Sequence record: PQ182779.1
Reading direction: 5' to 3' (one strand)
Length of the DNA stretch: 64,000 nucleotides
Part shown: one piece after another, positions 43,950 through 52,232 of the stretch
Numbering within the stretch: position 1 is the first letter of the stretch
How the letters are laid out: each line of letters begins with the position of its first letter
Position numbers and translations under genes: made by a program
The notes under the pieces: model-generated
Databases searched by the model: none
Told to the model about the DNA's origin: nothing
What the model saw: only the letters and a program-made list of their open reading frames with translations

Positions 43950-45365
43950 ATGAGCGGATTTTCACTGAGCCCGGCGGGTGTCATGAGCGAAGATAAGAAA
44001 GCCGATGCCTCTACCCCTAAACTGAACACCAACTGTTTGTTTGATCATTTCTCTGGTCGTTACGTCGAAGGCGAAGCCGGGGAAATGTATTTAAACGGTG
44101 GGGTGGCGAATATCAACGCCGTCGTAGGCGAGAACAACCAGTTTAAATCGACCCTGGCTGATTTCATGATGTTACAGCCTCAGGAACTGTACTACGATGC
44201 CGTCAACAGCTTTTTCTACGAGACCGAAGGCTCTAAAGATATTGAAGGTTTAGGGTACCGTGCTGCCAGAATGCCGCGTATCACCGAACACGGCCTCGAA
44301 GAGAATGAAAAGTTTCTCTTCACTAACATGTTAAAAATGTCCGGGAACGACTATTGGGACGTCCGTAAAAAATACGGCGAAATGAAAGTCGATAAGAAAA
44401 CGAAAGTCCCTATGTTGACCACTCCGTTCCCTAACCATGACGGACAGCTGATCAAGATGTATCCGCCAACCATGGAAGAAATCGATTCCTGGTCAATGAT
44501 GTCTTTTGACGCCATTGAAGAAAAATTTGGCGATAACGAAATCGGCTCGAAAGACAACAACATGATCTTCATGAACGACGGGCGTTACAAAACCCAGATC
44601 ATGATGCAGATGCCGGGGCTCAATGGCCGCCATTCGTTCTATTCCATGTTAACTGCCCATATCGGGGCGAAAGCGAATATGGACCCGAATGCGCCTCCGC
44701 ACAAAATCATGGCCGACCTCCAGTCCGGTAAGACGATCAAGAACGCCACCGAAAAATTCACCTTTATTCCGAATAACATGTGGTTTGTTCACGGTCGTTC
44801 TCCGCTAACTGACGGCTCGCGTCTTCCGCTTTACGGTCGCGGTGAAATGGGATCGAAGGAAGACAAAGACCTCGTTAAAGTGCGTTGTATGAACCTGCGC
44901 GGTAAATATGGTCAATCCGGTGCACCGTTTGAGCTGGTCTTCTCTCAGGCAGAAGGCTTACTCGTTCACTTAACTCAGCTACACTACCTGCGCGAAACGA
45001 ATAAGTATTACGGGATGGGTAGTAATACAACTAACCTCTCTCTGGCGATCTACCCGGAAGTATCTTTCACGCGTAACGCCGTCCGTGACAAAATCGACGA
45101 CGACTATAAACTGCGCCGTGCGTTAGAGCTGACCTCTGGTCTGTGTCAGATTCGTAACTTCATGTGGAAACTGGAAGGTTATGCGATGACCCCGCCAGAG
45201 ATCTTCGAAAAGATCAAAGAGCAAGGTTACGATTGGGACGAGCTGTTAGGGGAAACTCGCGGCCATTGGCAGTTCAAGGAAATCAAAGAAGAGAAACATT
45301 TCCTGAGCAGCTATGACCTGATCAGAATTGCAATGGGTAAATACAAACCTTACTGGAAACAGTAA
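43950..45365 (+). CDS. uvsX: UvsX/RecA-like recombinase (phiKZ gp152-type)
   Basis: INAVVGENNQFKST (Walker A variant), FFYETEGS, EEIDSWS (Walker B), LTAHIG and NLRGKYGQSG. Confidence 0.8.
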   Translation: MSGFSLSPAGVMSEDKKADASTPKLNTNCLFDHFSGRYVEGEAGEMYLNGGVANINAVVGENNQFKSTLADFMMLQPQELYYDAVNSFFYETEGSKDIEGLGYRAARMPRITEHGLEENEKFLFTNMLKMSGNDYWDVRKKYGEMKVDKKTKVPMLTTPFPNHDGQLIKMYPPTMEEIDSWSMMSFDAIEEKFGDNEIGSKDNNMIFMNDGRYKTQIMMQMPGLNGRHSFYSMLTAHIGAKANMDPNAPPHKIMADLQSGKTIKNATEKFTFIPNNMWFVHGRSPLTDGSRLPLYGRGEMGSKEDKDLVKVRCMNLRGKYGQSGAPFELVFSQAEGLLVHLTQLHYLRETNKYYGMGSNTTNLSLAIYPEVSFTRNAVRDKIDDDYKLRRALELTSGLCQIRNFMWKLEGYAMTPPEIFEKIKEQGYDWDELLGETRGHWQFKEIKEEKHFLSSYDLIRIAMGKYKPYWKQ

Positions 45366-45385
45366 TGTAGCTATCGAGGTGTAAC

Positions 45386-45673
45386 ATGGTACGTCAAGAA
45401 GCACGTTTTCACATGACCATGTTACTGTCGCAGTACTCGCACGGCGTGGCGAATTTGTTTGATCGCAAATTTAATCACGAAGAGCGAGTACGCTCCAGTA
45501 ATCGGGTCGAGATGCAAGAGATCAATGCGTTCTGGGAGAAGGAACTAAAAACCATCTCTCCGAGAGCGTCTCGTAATGTTCTACAGATTTCAACCGATAA
45601 CGGCATCGATGCCTGGCTATCGGATTTCTCAGACCGTGTCCTCCCAGATATTATTTTCCGTTGGGGTAAATAA
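45386..45673 (+). CDS. hypothetical protein, 95 aa
   Basis: GAGG RBS and TAATG coupling to the next gene. Confidence 0.65.
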   Translation: MVRQEARFHMTMLLSQYSHGVANLFDRKFNHEERVRSSNRVEMQEINAFWEKELKTISPRASRNVLQISTDNGIDAWLSDFSDRVLPDIIFRWGK

Positions 45674-46158
45674 TGGCACGGTTCAAGGTGATGGTTTCGG
45701 GTTGCCGTCATTACCGCAACTATTACCAGTTTGCAAAACATATGGATAAACTCACGTCTCGGTTCCCCCCAGAAGAAATTGTCATTCTGGAAGGCGGTGC
45801 TAACGGGACGGATTACCTGGCGTTCCTATATGCATTACGGAGAGGACTCCGTTGTTTAACCTTCCCAGCAGATTGGGACGGAAAGGGGAAAGGCGCAGGA
45901 TTTATTCGTAATGCCGAAATGATGGCAGTGGCTACACACTGTGTAACGTTCTGGGATGGGGAATCTAAGGGGACAGGTGACGTGGTTCGCCGGATATCCG
46001 AATACCGCGTTTCCCATCGCAGTATCACTATTCCTAAAGAGGTTAAAAATGAAAAACCGCGTCGCCGCCACAGCGGTTTGCGTAAGGCTGATGGAAGAAC
46101 TCTTTCCCGGATCAGGAAACGCCATGCAAATTGGCAAAGATCTGGAAGCACTGAGTGA
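45673..46158 (+). CDS. SLOG-family protein (YspA/DUF2493-like)
   Basis: KVMVSGCRHY, EGGANGTDYLA, FPADWDGKGKGAGFIRNAEM and FWDGESKGT are diagnostic SLOG motifs. Confidence 0.85.
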   Translation: MARFKVMVSGCRHYRNYYQFAKHMDKLTSRFPPEEIVILEGGANGTDYLAFLYALRRGLRCLTFPADWDGKGKGAGFIRNAEMMAVATHCVTFWDGESKGTGDVVRRISEYRVSHRSITIPKEVKNEKPRRRHSGLRKADGRTLSRIRKRHANWQRSGSTE

Positions 46159-46720
46159 CGAAGAGTTTGACGGCATCATGGAAGGTATCCGCCAAGGAAA
46201 ACCCATGATCTCCGCTACCTTACCTAACCTAACGTCACCGATCTACGACAACGCCCATCTTAAGGCCGTGGCAAAACGCTGGGGTGTGGAATTCTTCCAG
46301 TACCTTGAAATGGAAGACCCGGAAACGAAAAAGGTCTTTACTACGCCTGTTCGCTATATGGTCATTCGTGAGGGCGTTATTCGCTTACAGCAGATGATCG
46401 AAGATAAGCAGAGTATCCCCGACGATAATACACACGTGGATGATCTCACTGGCCAGGTGACGGGCCCGTCGAAAGGCTCACGTATTTCCTTCCCGGAACT
46501 CAACAACATTGAATCCCTGGGCGGTAATGTATTAATCCGCGAACTGATCTCGGTACGTGGGGGCGACGAAGGCGCTAACCAGAAACTGGAAACTGATATT
46601 TCACTTACCGGTGAAGGAACTGTGGCAAACGCCAAAGAATGGGGTACAGGCGTTACCGCCACGAAAAACTTCGCCACGCTCCTGCGTACCGCTCACCTCG
46701 ACACCACGTTGGATAAATAG
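46049..46720 (+). CDS. virion RNA polymerase beta subunit, C-terminal part (phiKZ gp149-type), 223 aa
   Basis: GAGG RBS before ATG 46049. DDLTGQVTGPSKGSRISFPELNNIESLG parallels the beta motif GGQRFGEMEVWALEAYG. Confidence 0.78.
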   Translation: MKNRVAATAVCVRLMEELFPGSGNAMQIGKDLEALSDEEFDGIMEGIRQGKPMISATLPNLTSPIYDNAHLKAVAKRWGVEFFQYLEMEDPETKKVFTTPVRYMVIREGVIRLQQMIEDKQSIPDDNTHVDDLTGQVTGPSKGSRISFPELNNIESLGGNVLIRELISVRGGDEGANQKLETDISLTGEGTVANAKEWGTGVTATKNFATLLRTAHLDTTLDK

Positions 46721-46722
46721 CC

Positions 46723-47199
46723 ATGATCAAAGAAGAAATTGAAATTCTCTCTGGCCAGGCGCATCAGTTCACACTGGCTTTTAAGAACGACCTGAAAGAC
46801 CCAACCGACATCGATGTCTTTACCGGGTTTGTATCGCAATATTATTCCGTAACTGCGCAACCGTTACTGGTTACCCGTGATCAGTTAATCTCGGTTCAAA
46901 ATGAGATTCATTCCCGGGATATACTGGTTAACTACGTATTTGGTTTACGGTTCTTTGCATTGAGCCCATTCACGCGTAAAGAACTCAGTCAGATCATTGA
47001 CTCGTTTGCTAACGCGTCAGCGAATCGACCGACGCAGTCAGAAATACAAGACCTTTCTGTTGTCCCTAATGACGCTCAGATGTGGACTGTGAAGTTTAAC
47101 GAAATTCTCTCGCTCTACGAGGCGAACACGTGGATTATTCCATTGATGTCCCTTGGGTTTGTTTACCCGAGTTTCACTGAACTGGGTGAACAGGGATGA
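46723..47199 (+). CDS. hypothetical protein, 158 aa
   Basis: Starts 2 nt after the RNAP subunit stop. Confidence 0.65.
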   Translation: MIKEEIEILSGQAHQFTLAFKNDLKDPTDIDVFTGFVSQYYSVTAQPLLVTRDQLISVQNEIHSRDILVNYVFGLRFFALSPFTRKELSQIIDSFANASANRPTQSEIQDLSVVPNDAQMWTVKFNEILSLYEANTWIIPLMSLGFVYPSFTELGEQG

Positions 47200-47897
47200 G
47201 ACCGCTACGTATCCATCTCAGATTAGACGATCTACTCGATACTCGAATGTCGGTGGCGCTGAGTCTTAATTTTGACAAAGCCGTTAACATGATCGCCAAG
47301 GGTTATGGCCGCCGCCGTGGTGATTGGGTAATTTGGGAAGGTCTGGGTATTACCGAAGAGGCATGGAGAAAGGCTTATCGGGGACGTGATTCCGAGATCC
47401 TGAAGAAATCGGTCAGATCGAAATTGATCGGGGTCATTAAGGAAATTATTGAAGGGTCGGAGCAAGGTCCACGTATCTCGCCTACAGACCTCAACGTTTC
47501 CGTGACGGTAAACGAATATCCATATCGACTCACCAATAACGTCAGGGAGTCACTGTCCAAGGCCATCAAAACGTTCCTTCACCCGCAGACCAAAATAGAT
47601 TGGGTGAGAAAAAGCGATAAACAACTGACCCCGCAATCTGTGGCCAGTGATTTTACGCATTTTATTCATTACGATATTATTGGCTGGCTGGAGGAGCATA
47701 TCGAGACACAGGAGTCGGTCAATCTTCTTAATACAGAATTGATTGGTCCAGCGTTATTCCAGACCAAACCGAACGTTGAAGATTTTGCGTATTTTAAAGA
47801 TCTTCTTGATGACGTTCACCAATTGTCTGAACAATATGTCTCCCCTTCCTGGACGATCAGGTTTATCAGTGTTGAATATTTCAATGCCCCCTTTTGA
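47196..47897 (+). CDS. hypothetical protein, possible HAD-like fold, 233 aa
   Basis: ATGA overlap. The N-terminal LRLDDLLDTR resembles HAD motif I. Confidence 0.6.
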   Translation: MRPLRIHLRLDDLLDTRMSVALSLNFDKAVNMIAKGYGRRRGDWVIWEGLGITEEAWRKAYRGRDSEILKKSVRSKLIGVIKEIIEGSEQGPRISPTDLNVSVTVNEYPYRLTNNVRESLSKAIKTFLHPQTKIDWVRKSDKQLTPQSVASDFTHFIHYDIIGWLEEHIETQESVNLLNTELIGPALFQTKPNVEDFAYFKDLLDDVHQLSEQYVSPSWTIRFISVEYFNAPF

Positions 47898-47901
47898 TTA
47901 T

Positions 47902-47933
47902 AGACAGAGAGGGATTCCCCTCTCTGTCTTATG
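47902..47933. terminator. hairpin H13, convergent junction
   Basis: AGACAGAGAGGG-ATTC-CCCTCTCTGTCT, immediately followed by TATG. Confidence 0.75.
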
Positions 47934-47935
47934 CG

Positions 47936-48451
47936 TTATTCATCTTCTTTCATCCGTTCGAAGAATTCTTCACTGCTTTCTTCCCGGCGCGTCAGTTCCA
48001 GTTCTGATTCATTGATATCAGGGAACTGAGCCCTGACGTCACGATTGAAAACGGAAGGGTCGCGTTTCGGTTTCTCTGCCAACATTTTTTCCATCGGTGC
48101 CCCGTTGGTGCTACGACTCACTTCCATACTGAAGCGTTCCAGCATTTTAGCCACGTTATTAATGTTTGCGGCGGTCTCTTCTTTCTTGGCTGAGATTTTC
48201 TTCTTGCCTAGTTCCTGACGGTCAATACCATCTAACGCATCTTTCAGGATGCTCATCTGGTCTTTGTCATTAACTGGAACCTTCCCGCCTTTGATAATCT
48301 CATTGACAATCAACGCACGGACATTCTGGGTAAAATCCAAACGATCATCGCTGTCTTGCGGCATTCCGTCGGCAGGTCTGGCGCTCAGGACTTCACCTTC
48401 TTTTTCTTCCGGAATAGGTTCAAACTCTTCGACTTGCTCATACGCGGCCAT
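47936..48451 (-). CDS. hypothetical helical protein, 171 aa
   Basis: GGAG lies within the track's first codons, so ATG 48451 (MAAYEQ) is preferred. Confidence 0.65.
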   Translation of the reverse strand: MAAYEQVEEFEPIPEEKEGEVLSARPADGMPQDSDDRLDFTQNVRALIVNEIIKGGKVPVNDKDQMSILKDALDGIDRQELGKKKISAKKEETAANINNVAKMLERFSMEVSRSTNGAPMEKMLAEKPKRDPSVFNRDVRAQFPDINESELELTRREESSEEFFERMKEDE

Positions 48452-48468
48452 GTTAAACTCCATTATTT

Positions 48469-48494
48469 TTCAAGACTATATCACCTTATTGAGA
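48469..48494 (+). promoter_or_regulatory. putative early promoter
   Basis: TTCAAGAC-TATATCAC-CTTATTGAGA, near-identical to 11198-11223. Confidence 0.65.
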
Positions 48495-48576
48495 AAGGTT
48501 TAAATCTGTTTAAAAAGATGCTGACTTCACTTCTATGTAAAGTAAAATCATTTCATAATCAATAACAGGAGGAGTT

Positions 48577-49092
48577 GTGCTTTCGTTCTTCCGCCGCCAG
48601 AAATTAGACCCTGTTAAAGCCGCCCTTAAATTAATCAACAAAGGAGAGAAATATGCCGTTACTCGTGACAACATTGAAACCCTCTATACCGCTATGGCCA
48701 AGCTCCGTGAAAGTGTCCCTAACGACGTAGCTTACCGAGAGCAGTATGTAGATCTTTACCGACCATTGAAAGAGTTCACTGATACCGTTAACCGAATAAA
48801 CGAAATCCTTAGTGAGCATCAGGCCGTTGTAGAGAACTACAATCTGAAACAAGCACTCACGCGCTATAAGCTCGACGAGTGGTTAGTTGACCACGAAAAA
48901 CGCCGCGCTGATTATTATGCGTTTATTGATGTGTTAATCCCTTCCGTTGTCGAACATTTGCTTTTGCTCGACCAACTGAAAAAAGGGATGAATAAAAATC
49001 AATATCAAGGGATGCTTCTTTCTCTCTATACGGTGCACTGTGATATGTTGTCTATCGCCGAGGTACACCTACGTTATTTTAGTCAACGTTAA
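48577..49092 (+). CDS. hypothetical protein, 171 aa
   Basis: GTG start with AGGAGGAG RBS, downstream of the early-type promoter. Confidence 0.7.
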   Translation: MLSFFRRQKLDPVKAALKLINKGEKYAVTRDNIETLYTAMAKLRESVPNDVAYREQYVDLYRPLKEFTDTVNRINEILSEHQAVVENYNLKQALTRYKLDEWLVDHEKRRADYYAFIDVLIPSVVEHLLLLDQLKKGMNKNQYQGMLLSLYTVHCDMLSIAEVHLRYFSQR

Positions 49093-49105
49093 AAAGGTCT
49101 ACTCC

Positions 49106-49861
49106 ATGATCAAAAGCCGAGGAATCCCAGCCCGATTTCGTTTGGCAGAAGAGTTGCGACGTAACCGTGTAAATGAACACACCGGGCCCATGAACCTGTT
49201 ATCGCTAATGTTCAGAGAAGTCAGAAATGACCTGAACATTTCGTCGTTATTTTGGAATAATCGGTTATCGCAATACGTTAAAGATCCACGGAACAATGTC
49301 GTACAGACGAGCCGTGGAAAATCGACAGAACGCAGTAATCTTAACCGTGAGCTGGCAAAGCAAGAGATGACGCTGCATAACTTCATTCGTGGGATGCGAG
49401 TAATTCGCCCCATTAATCTGAAGTTTATTCTTCTCCTCGAACATCGTGACGGAACACGAACTTCTCATATCGACGAGATTGACGAAGAAGACCTATACAC
49501 GGAATATCATAACGAGAAATTCCCAACACGGTATAATGTCCTCCATCGTTTGTTCAGTGACATTAAACGTCAAATCATCAAAGACGAGGCCGATTGGGCG
49601 GAACGTGTTAATCGTTATGTCAATGACCCGTTAAACGGTTTTGTTGAACGTAACCGGCAGAGTACGGAACGGTCTAACCTGAACCGTGGGATACGGAATG
49701 CGGATATGTCCATTAAGGTCTTTACGAAGGCGTTAAAGGTCATTGACCCGTTACGTGTTTATCTGATGTTAGAACTGACGTTCCCGGACGATGTCGTTAC
49801 ATTCCATGAAGTCAGAATGGACGGCCGGTTCTTGAACGTTGCTGATGACCCGGACGAGTAG
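49106..49861 (+). CDS. hypothetical protein made of two tandem homologous domains, 251 aa
   Basis: AAGG RBS before ATG 49106. STERSNLNR occurs twice, about 113 aa apart. Confidence 0.7.
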   Translation: MIKSRGIPARFRLAEELRRNRVNEHTGPMNLLSLMFREVRNDLNISSLFWNNRLSQYVKDPRNNVVQTSRGKSTERSNLNRELAKQEMTLHNFIRGMRVIRPINLKFILLLEHRDGTRTSHIDEIDEEDLYTEYHNEKFPTRYNVLHRLFSDIKRQIIKDEADWAERVNRYVNDPLNGFVERNRQSTERSNLNRGIRNADMSIKVFTKALKVIDPLRVYLMLELTFPDDVVTFHEVRMDGRFLNVADDPDE

Positions 49862-49870
49862 TCGAGAATA

Positions 49871-49907
49871 AAAGAAGAGTGGGGTCTTTACCCCACTCTT
49901 CTTTATG
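49871..49907 (+). terminator. hairpin H14
   Basis: AAAGAAGAGTGGGG-TCTTTA-CCCCACTCTTCTTT, running into TATG. Confidence 0.75.
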
Positions 49908-49943
49908 CACCTTCACTCTTTTATTTTTTGGAGCGCTCCCGCT

Positions 49944-50237
49944 ATGTCCGGAACAAATTCTACCGCTGTAAAAAATTTACTTAAAACGATCGAAGAGGAC
50001 ATTGAAAATTTTTTCAAGGAAGACCGTCACTCGGAAGCGGATGCAGTGTATTTTCTAGAGCAGTTGAATAACCGTATTTTTAGCACCATTTTCACCAAAG
50101 AAGAAAAGATAGAATTCGTCGCCATTGCCGCCAGTCATTTCTACAGCCACGGTTTAACCCGATACCGTAACAGGACACCAAAAACCCTTTGGGAGAAGAT
50201 TCGCTTTATTTTTAGTAAGGAGGACATATGGCGTTAG
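49944..50237 (+). CDS. hypothetical protein, 97 aa
   Basis: GGAG RBS at about 49930 before ATG 49944 (MSGTNST). Confidence 0.6.
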   Translation: MSGTNSTAVKNLLKTIEEDIENFFKEDRHSEADAVYFLEQLNNRIFSTIFTKEEKIEFVAIAASHFYSHGLTRYRNRTPKTLWEKIRFIFSKEDIWR

Positions 50238-51295
50238 GCGTCAGTAATTACGTTAAGACCTTAAGTAACTCAGCGCAAACTGCTAAGGCTGCCGCGCAAA
50301 CCCAAAGCTCATTAGTGGCAACGGGTGTTAAGGATTCGATGGTGGCCCTAGATGGTTACGGAAAGGAAACGAAAACCGTATTGAGTAACATGAAGAATAT
50401 GGTTTTAGGGAAACTCGCTGAAACAAAGAATTATCTTTTAAACACCACTATCGGTGATTTAGGGTCGTTGAATGACCTGCTCACTCAAGCCAGCGCAGTA
50501 AAGAAAGATATCAGCGAATATACCAGTCAGCTGAGTAACGAGATTGGTCAAAGTATCAGTACCGTCAAAGGGATCTCTGATGAGGTTATCAATGGTGCTA
50601 CCAGTACGCTTCAGGAAATTAACAGCACCGTCGATAGTACCTTTAGCGATATCAATGGCGCGGTTACCCAGTTGACCTCTGCCGGGGATATCCTGAACGC
50701 GAATAATCTGATCAGTAGTGTTAATACCTTATTGGCCAATGCGGATATGACCTTTCAGAATTTGGAAGACAAACTGTCGATGACGGCACTGAAATCTTCT
50801 ATTCTCCAGCAGGCTTCATTTCTCGGACTCTCTAACGTTGTCTCCGCTGTCTACAGTAGCGATTCCTCTAATCCGACACTGACCGCGGCAATGGGCGACA
50901 GTCTACCGACGGTGTTGGCTTCTGGGAACCTGTCAATGGTCAAGGCGATGGTAGAAAGTTTAGGCGGTGTCTACATCTTGCAGAAAGCCCCTGATGCCGT
51001 ACAACAGATTCTCCAGAACTATCGTTTTGGTAAAGTCATTGACGCGAACCAGTACAGTACTTACGCGACAGAGTTAGTCTCGGTCTTATCCTCCATTGAC
51101 CCACGTTGGAATGCTTCGCAGTTCACTCCTACAGGACATCGTCTGAGTGTCTTCCGGAATATTTCCACCAATGCGAAAACGGTACTGAATACATTACCGG
51201 AATACGCGTATCAGATTGCAGTGGTTCAGCACTTTACAGAGAACACTGTGGTTGGATTAGCAAAACAACAATACACGTTTATCGCACTTGCATAA
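50228..51295 (+). CDS. virion structural protein, S/T/A/N-rich helical (phiKZ gp174-type), 355 aa
   Basis: AAGGAGG RBS. Heptad-like N-terminal half and the LSSIDPRW motif. Sits near the tail genes. Confidence 0.5.
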   Translation: MALGVSNYVKTLSNSAQTAKAAAQTQSSLVATGVKDSMVALDGYGKETKTVLSNMKNMVLGKLAETKNYLLNTTIGDLGSLNDLLTQASAVKKDISEYTSQLSNEIGQSISTVKGISDEVINGATSTLQEINSTVDSTFSDINGAVTQLTSAGDILNANNLISSVNTLLANADMTFQNLEDKLSMTALKSSILQQASFLGLSNVVSAVYSSDSSNPTLTAAMGDSLPTVLASGNLSMVKAMVESLGGVYILQKAPDAVQQILQNYRFGKVIDANQYSTYATELVSVLSSIDPRWNASQFTPTGHRLSVFRNISTNAKTVLNTLPEYAYQIAVVQHFTENTVVGLAKQQYTFIALA

Positions 51296-51299
51296 AACA

Positions 51300-51327
51300 G
51301 TAGAGAGGGCTTAATTGCCCTCTCTAC
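51300..51327 (+). terminator. hairpin H15
   Basis: GTAGAGAGGGC-TTAATT-GCCCTCTCTAC. Confidence 0.7.
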
Positions 51328-51386
51328 TCTATTTACACAGCACCGTTTATTGATGTAGAAAATATCTTTTCGATAAGGATGATGAG

Positions 51387-52190
51387 ATGCCTGCTGTTAA
51401 AAACCAGCCCGTATATCTTTACAACGGCGTTAAACGCACTGTCCCGGAAATCGTGGAGATTACGGGTATGAAAAGAATCACGGTTTACCAGAGAATAAAG
51501 AGAGCGTTGGTAAAAACTCCCGGTATGAAGGATGTCGGACCCCTCTTCGTAAATTTAGTGGGGTACAAGAAAAGACTTTATCCTGTATTGAGTGAAGTCC
51601 TTACGTTAAGTGAGATTGTTGAACGGTACCGGTTAGATTACAGGAAAACACAATCTTCTTTATTCCGAGGAGATAGTGTTCTTACCGTATTGGAACGCCG
51701 AGCTAAAAAGAGTCGACCAGAAATTATACACCCGAAGACCCGCGCAAAATTGAGAGCAAGTTTCACAAGGATAAAGAACCGCAGCGGGAAATCGTTGACT
51801 CTTCCAGTTCATTGGACTTCGTACAGAAAGGCGTTTGACGAAATAGGTTATCCTAGAGAAGAAACTGATTTCTTGTGGATTGAAAAAACAGATGAGCCCC
51901 TCAATGCAATGAGTTGTTACTGGGCACCCGCTGAAAGACGCGCTGACTATACGCGGTACACAACGCAACCAGGGAGAATAGCAACCATCAACGTTGAGTG
52001 GGAAGGTCAGCACGTCTCTGTTGCAGAACTCGCCAGAGAAAAGGCAATCCCTTATAGTACGTTACTTTATCGAGTGAAGAAAGGTTGGCCGAAAGAGGAC
52101 TGGTTTAATCCAATAGACGAGAGTTGTCAACGACTCGCTCCGCGGGTAGCAAAACGTACCGTGAGTACGTTAAAATTAGAAACAGTATAA
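51387..52190 (+). CDS. HNH-endonuclease-like protein with three HTH-type DNA-binding repeats; catalytic motif degenerate
   Basis: Repeats YNGVKRTVPEIVEITGMKRITVYQRI, LTLSEIVERYRLDY and WEGQHVSVAELAREKAIPYSTLLYRVKKGW. Central WTSYRKAFDEIGYP...SCYWAP. Confidence 0.6.
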   Translation: MPAVKNQPVYLYNGVKRTVPEIVEITGMKRITVYQRIKRALVKTPGMKDVGPLFVNLVGYKKRLYPVLSEVLTLSEIVERYRLDYRKTQSSLFRGDSVLTVLERRAKKSRPEIIHPKTRAKLRASFTRIKNRSGKSLTLPVHWTSYRKAFDEIGYPREETDFLWIEKTDEPLNAMSCYWAPAERRADYTRYTTQPGRIATINVEWEGQHVSVAELAREKAIPYSTLLYRVKKGWPKEDWFNPIDESCQRLAPRVAKRTVSTLKLETV

Positions 52191-52224
52191 AAAAGAGAGG
52201 GTGAAAACCCTCTCTTTTTTTTTT
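52191..52224. terminator. bidirectional hairpin H16
   Basis: AAAAGAGAGGGT-GAAA-ACCCTCTCTTTT with a long T run, between convergent genes. Confidence 0.8.
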
Positions 52225-52232
52225 GTTTACTT

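Noticed and set aside
45956-46048. Longer N-terminus for the RNAP beta-C subunit (also track starts 2460, 21646, 29076, 36717, 37438, 49040, 49905)
   Set aside because: Better RBS-linked starts lie downstream. The extensions overlap neighbouring genes or hairpins.
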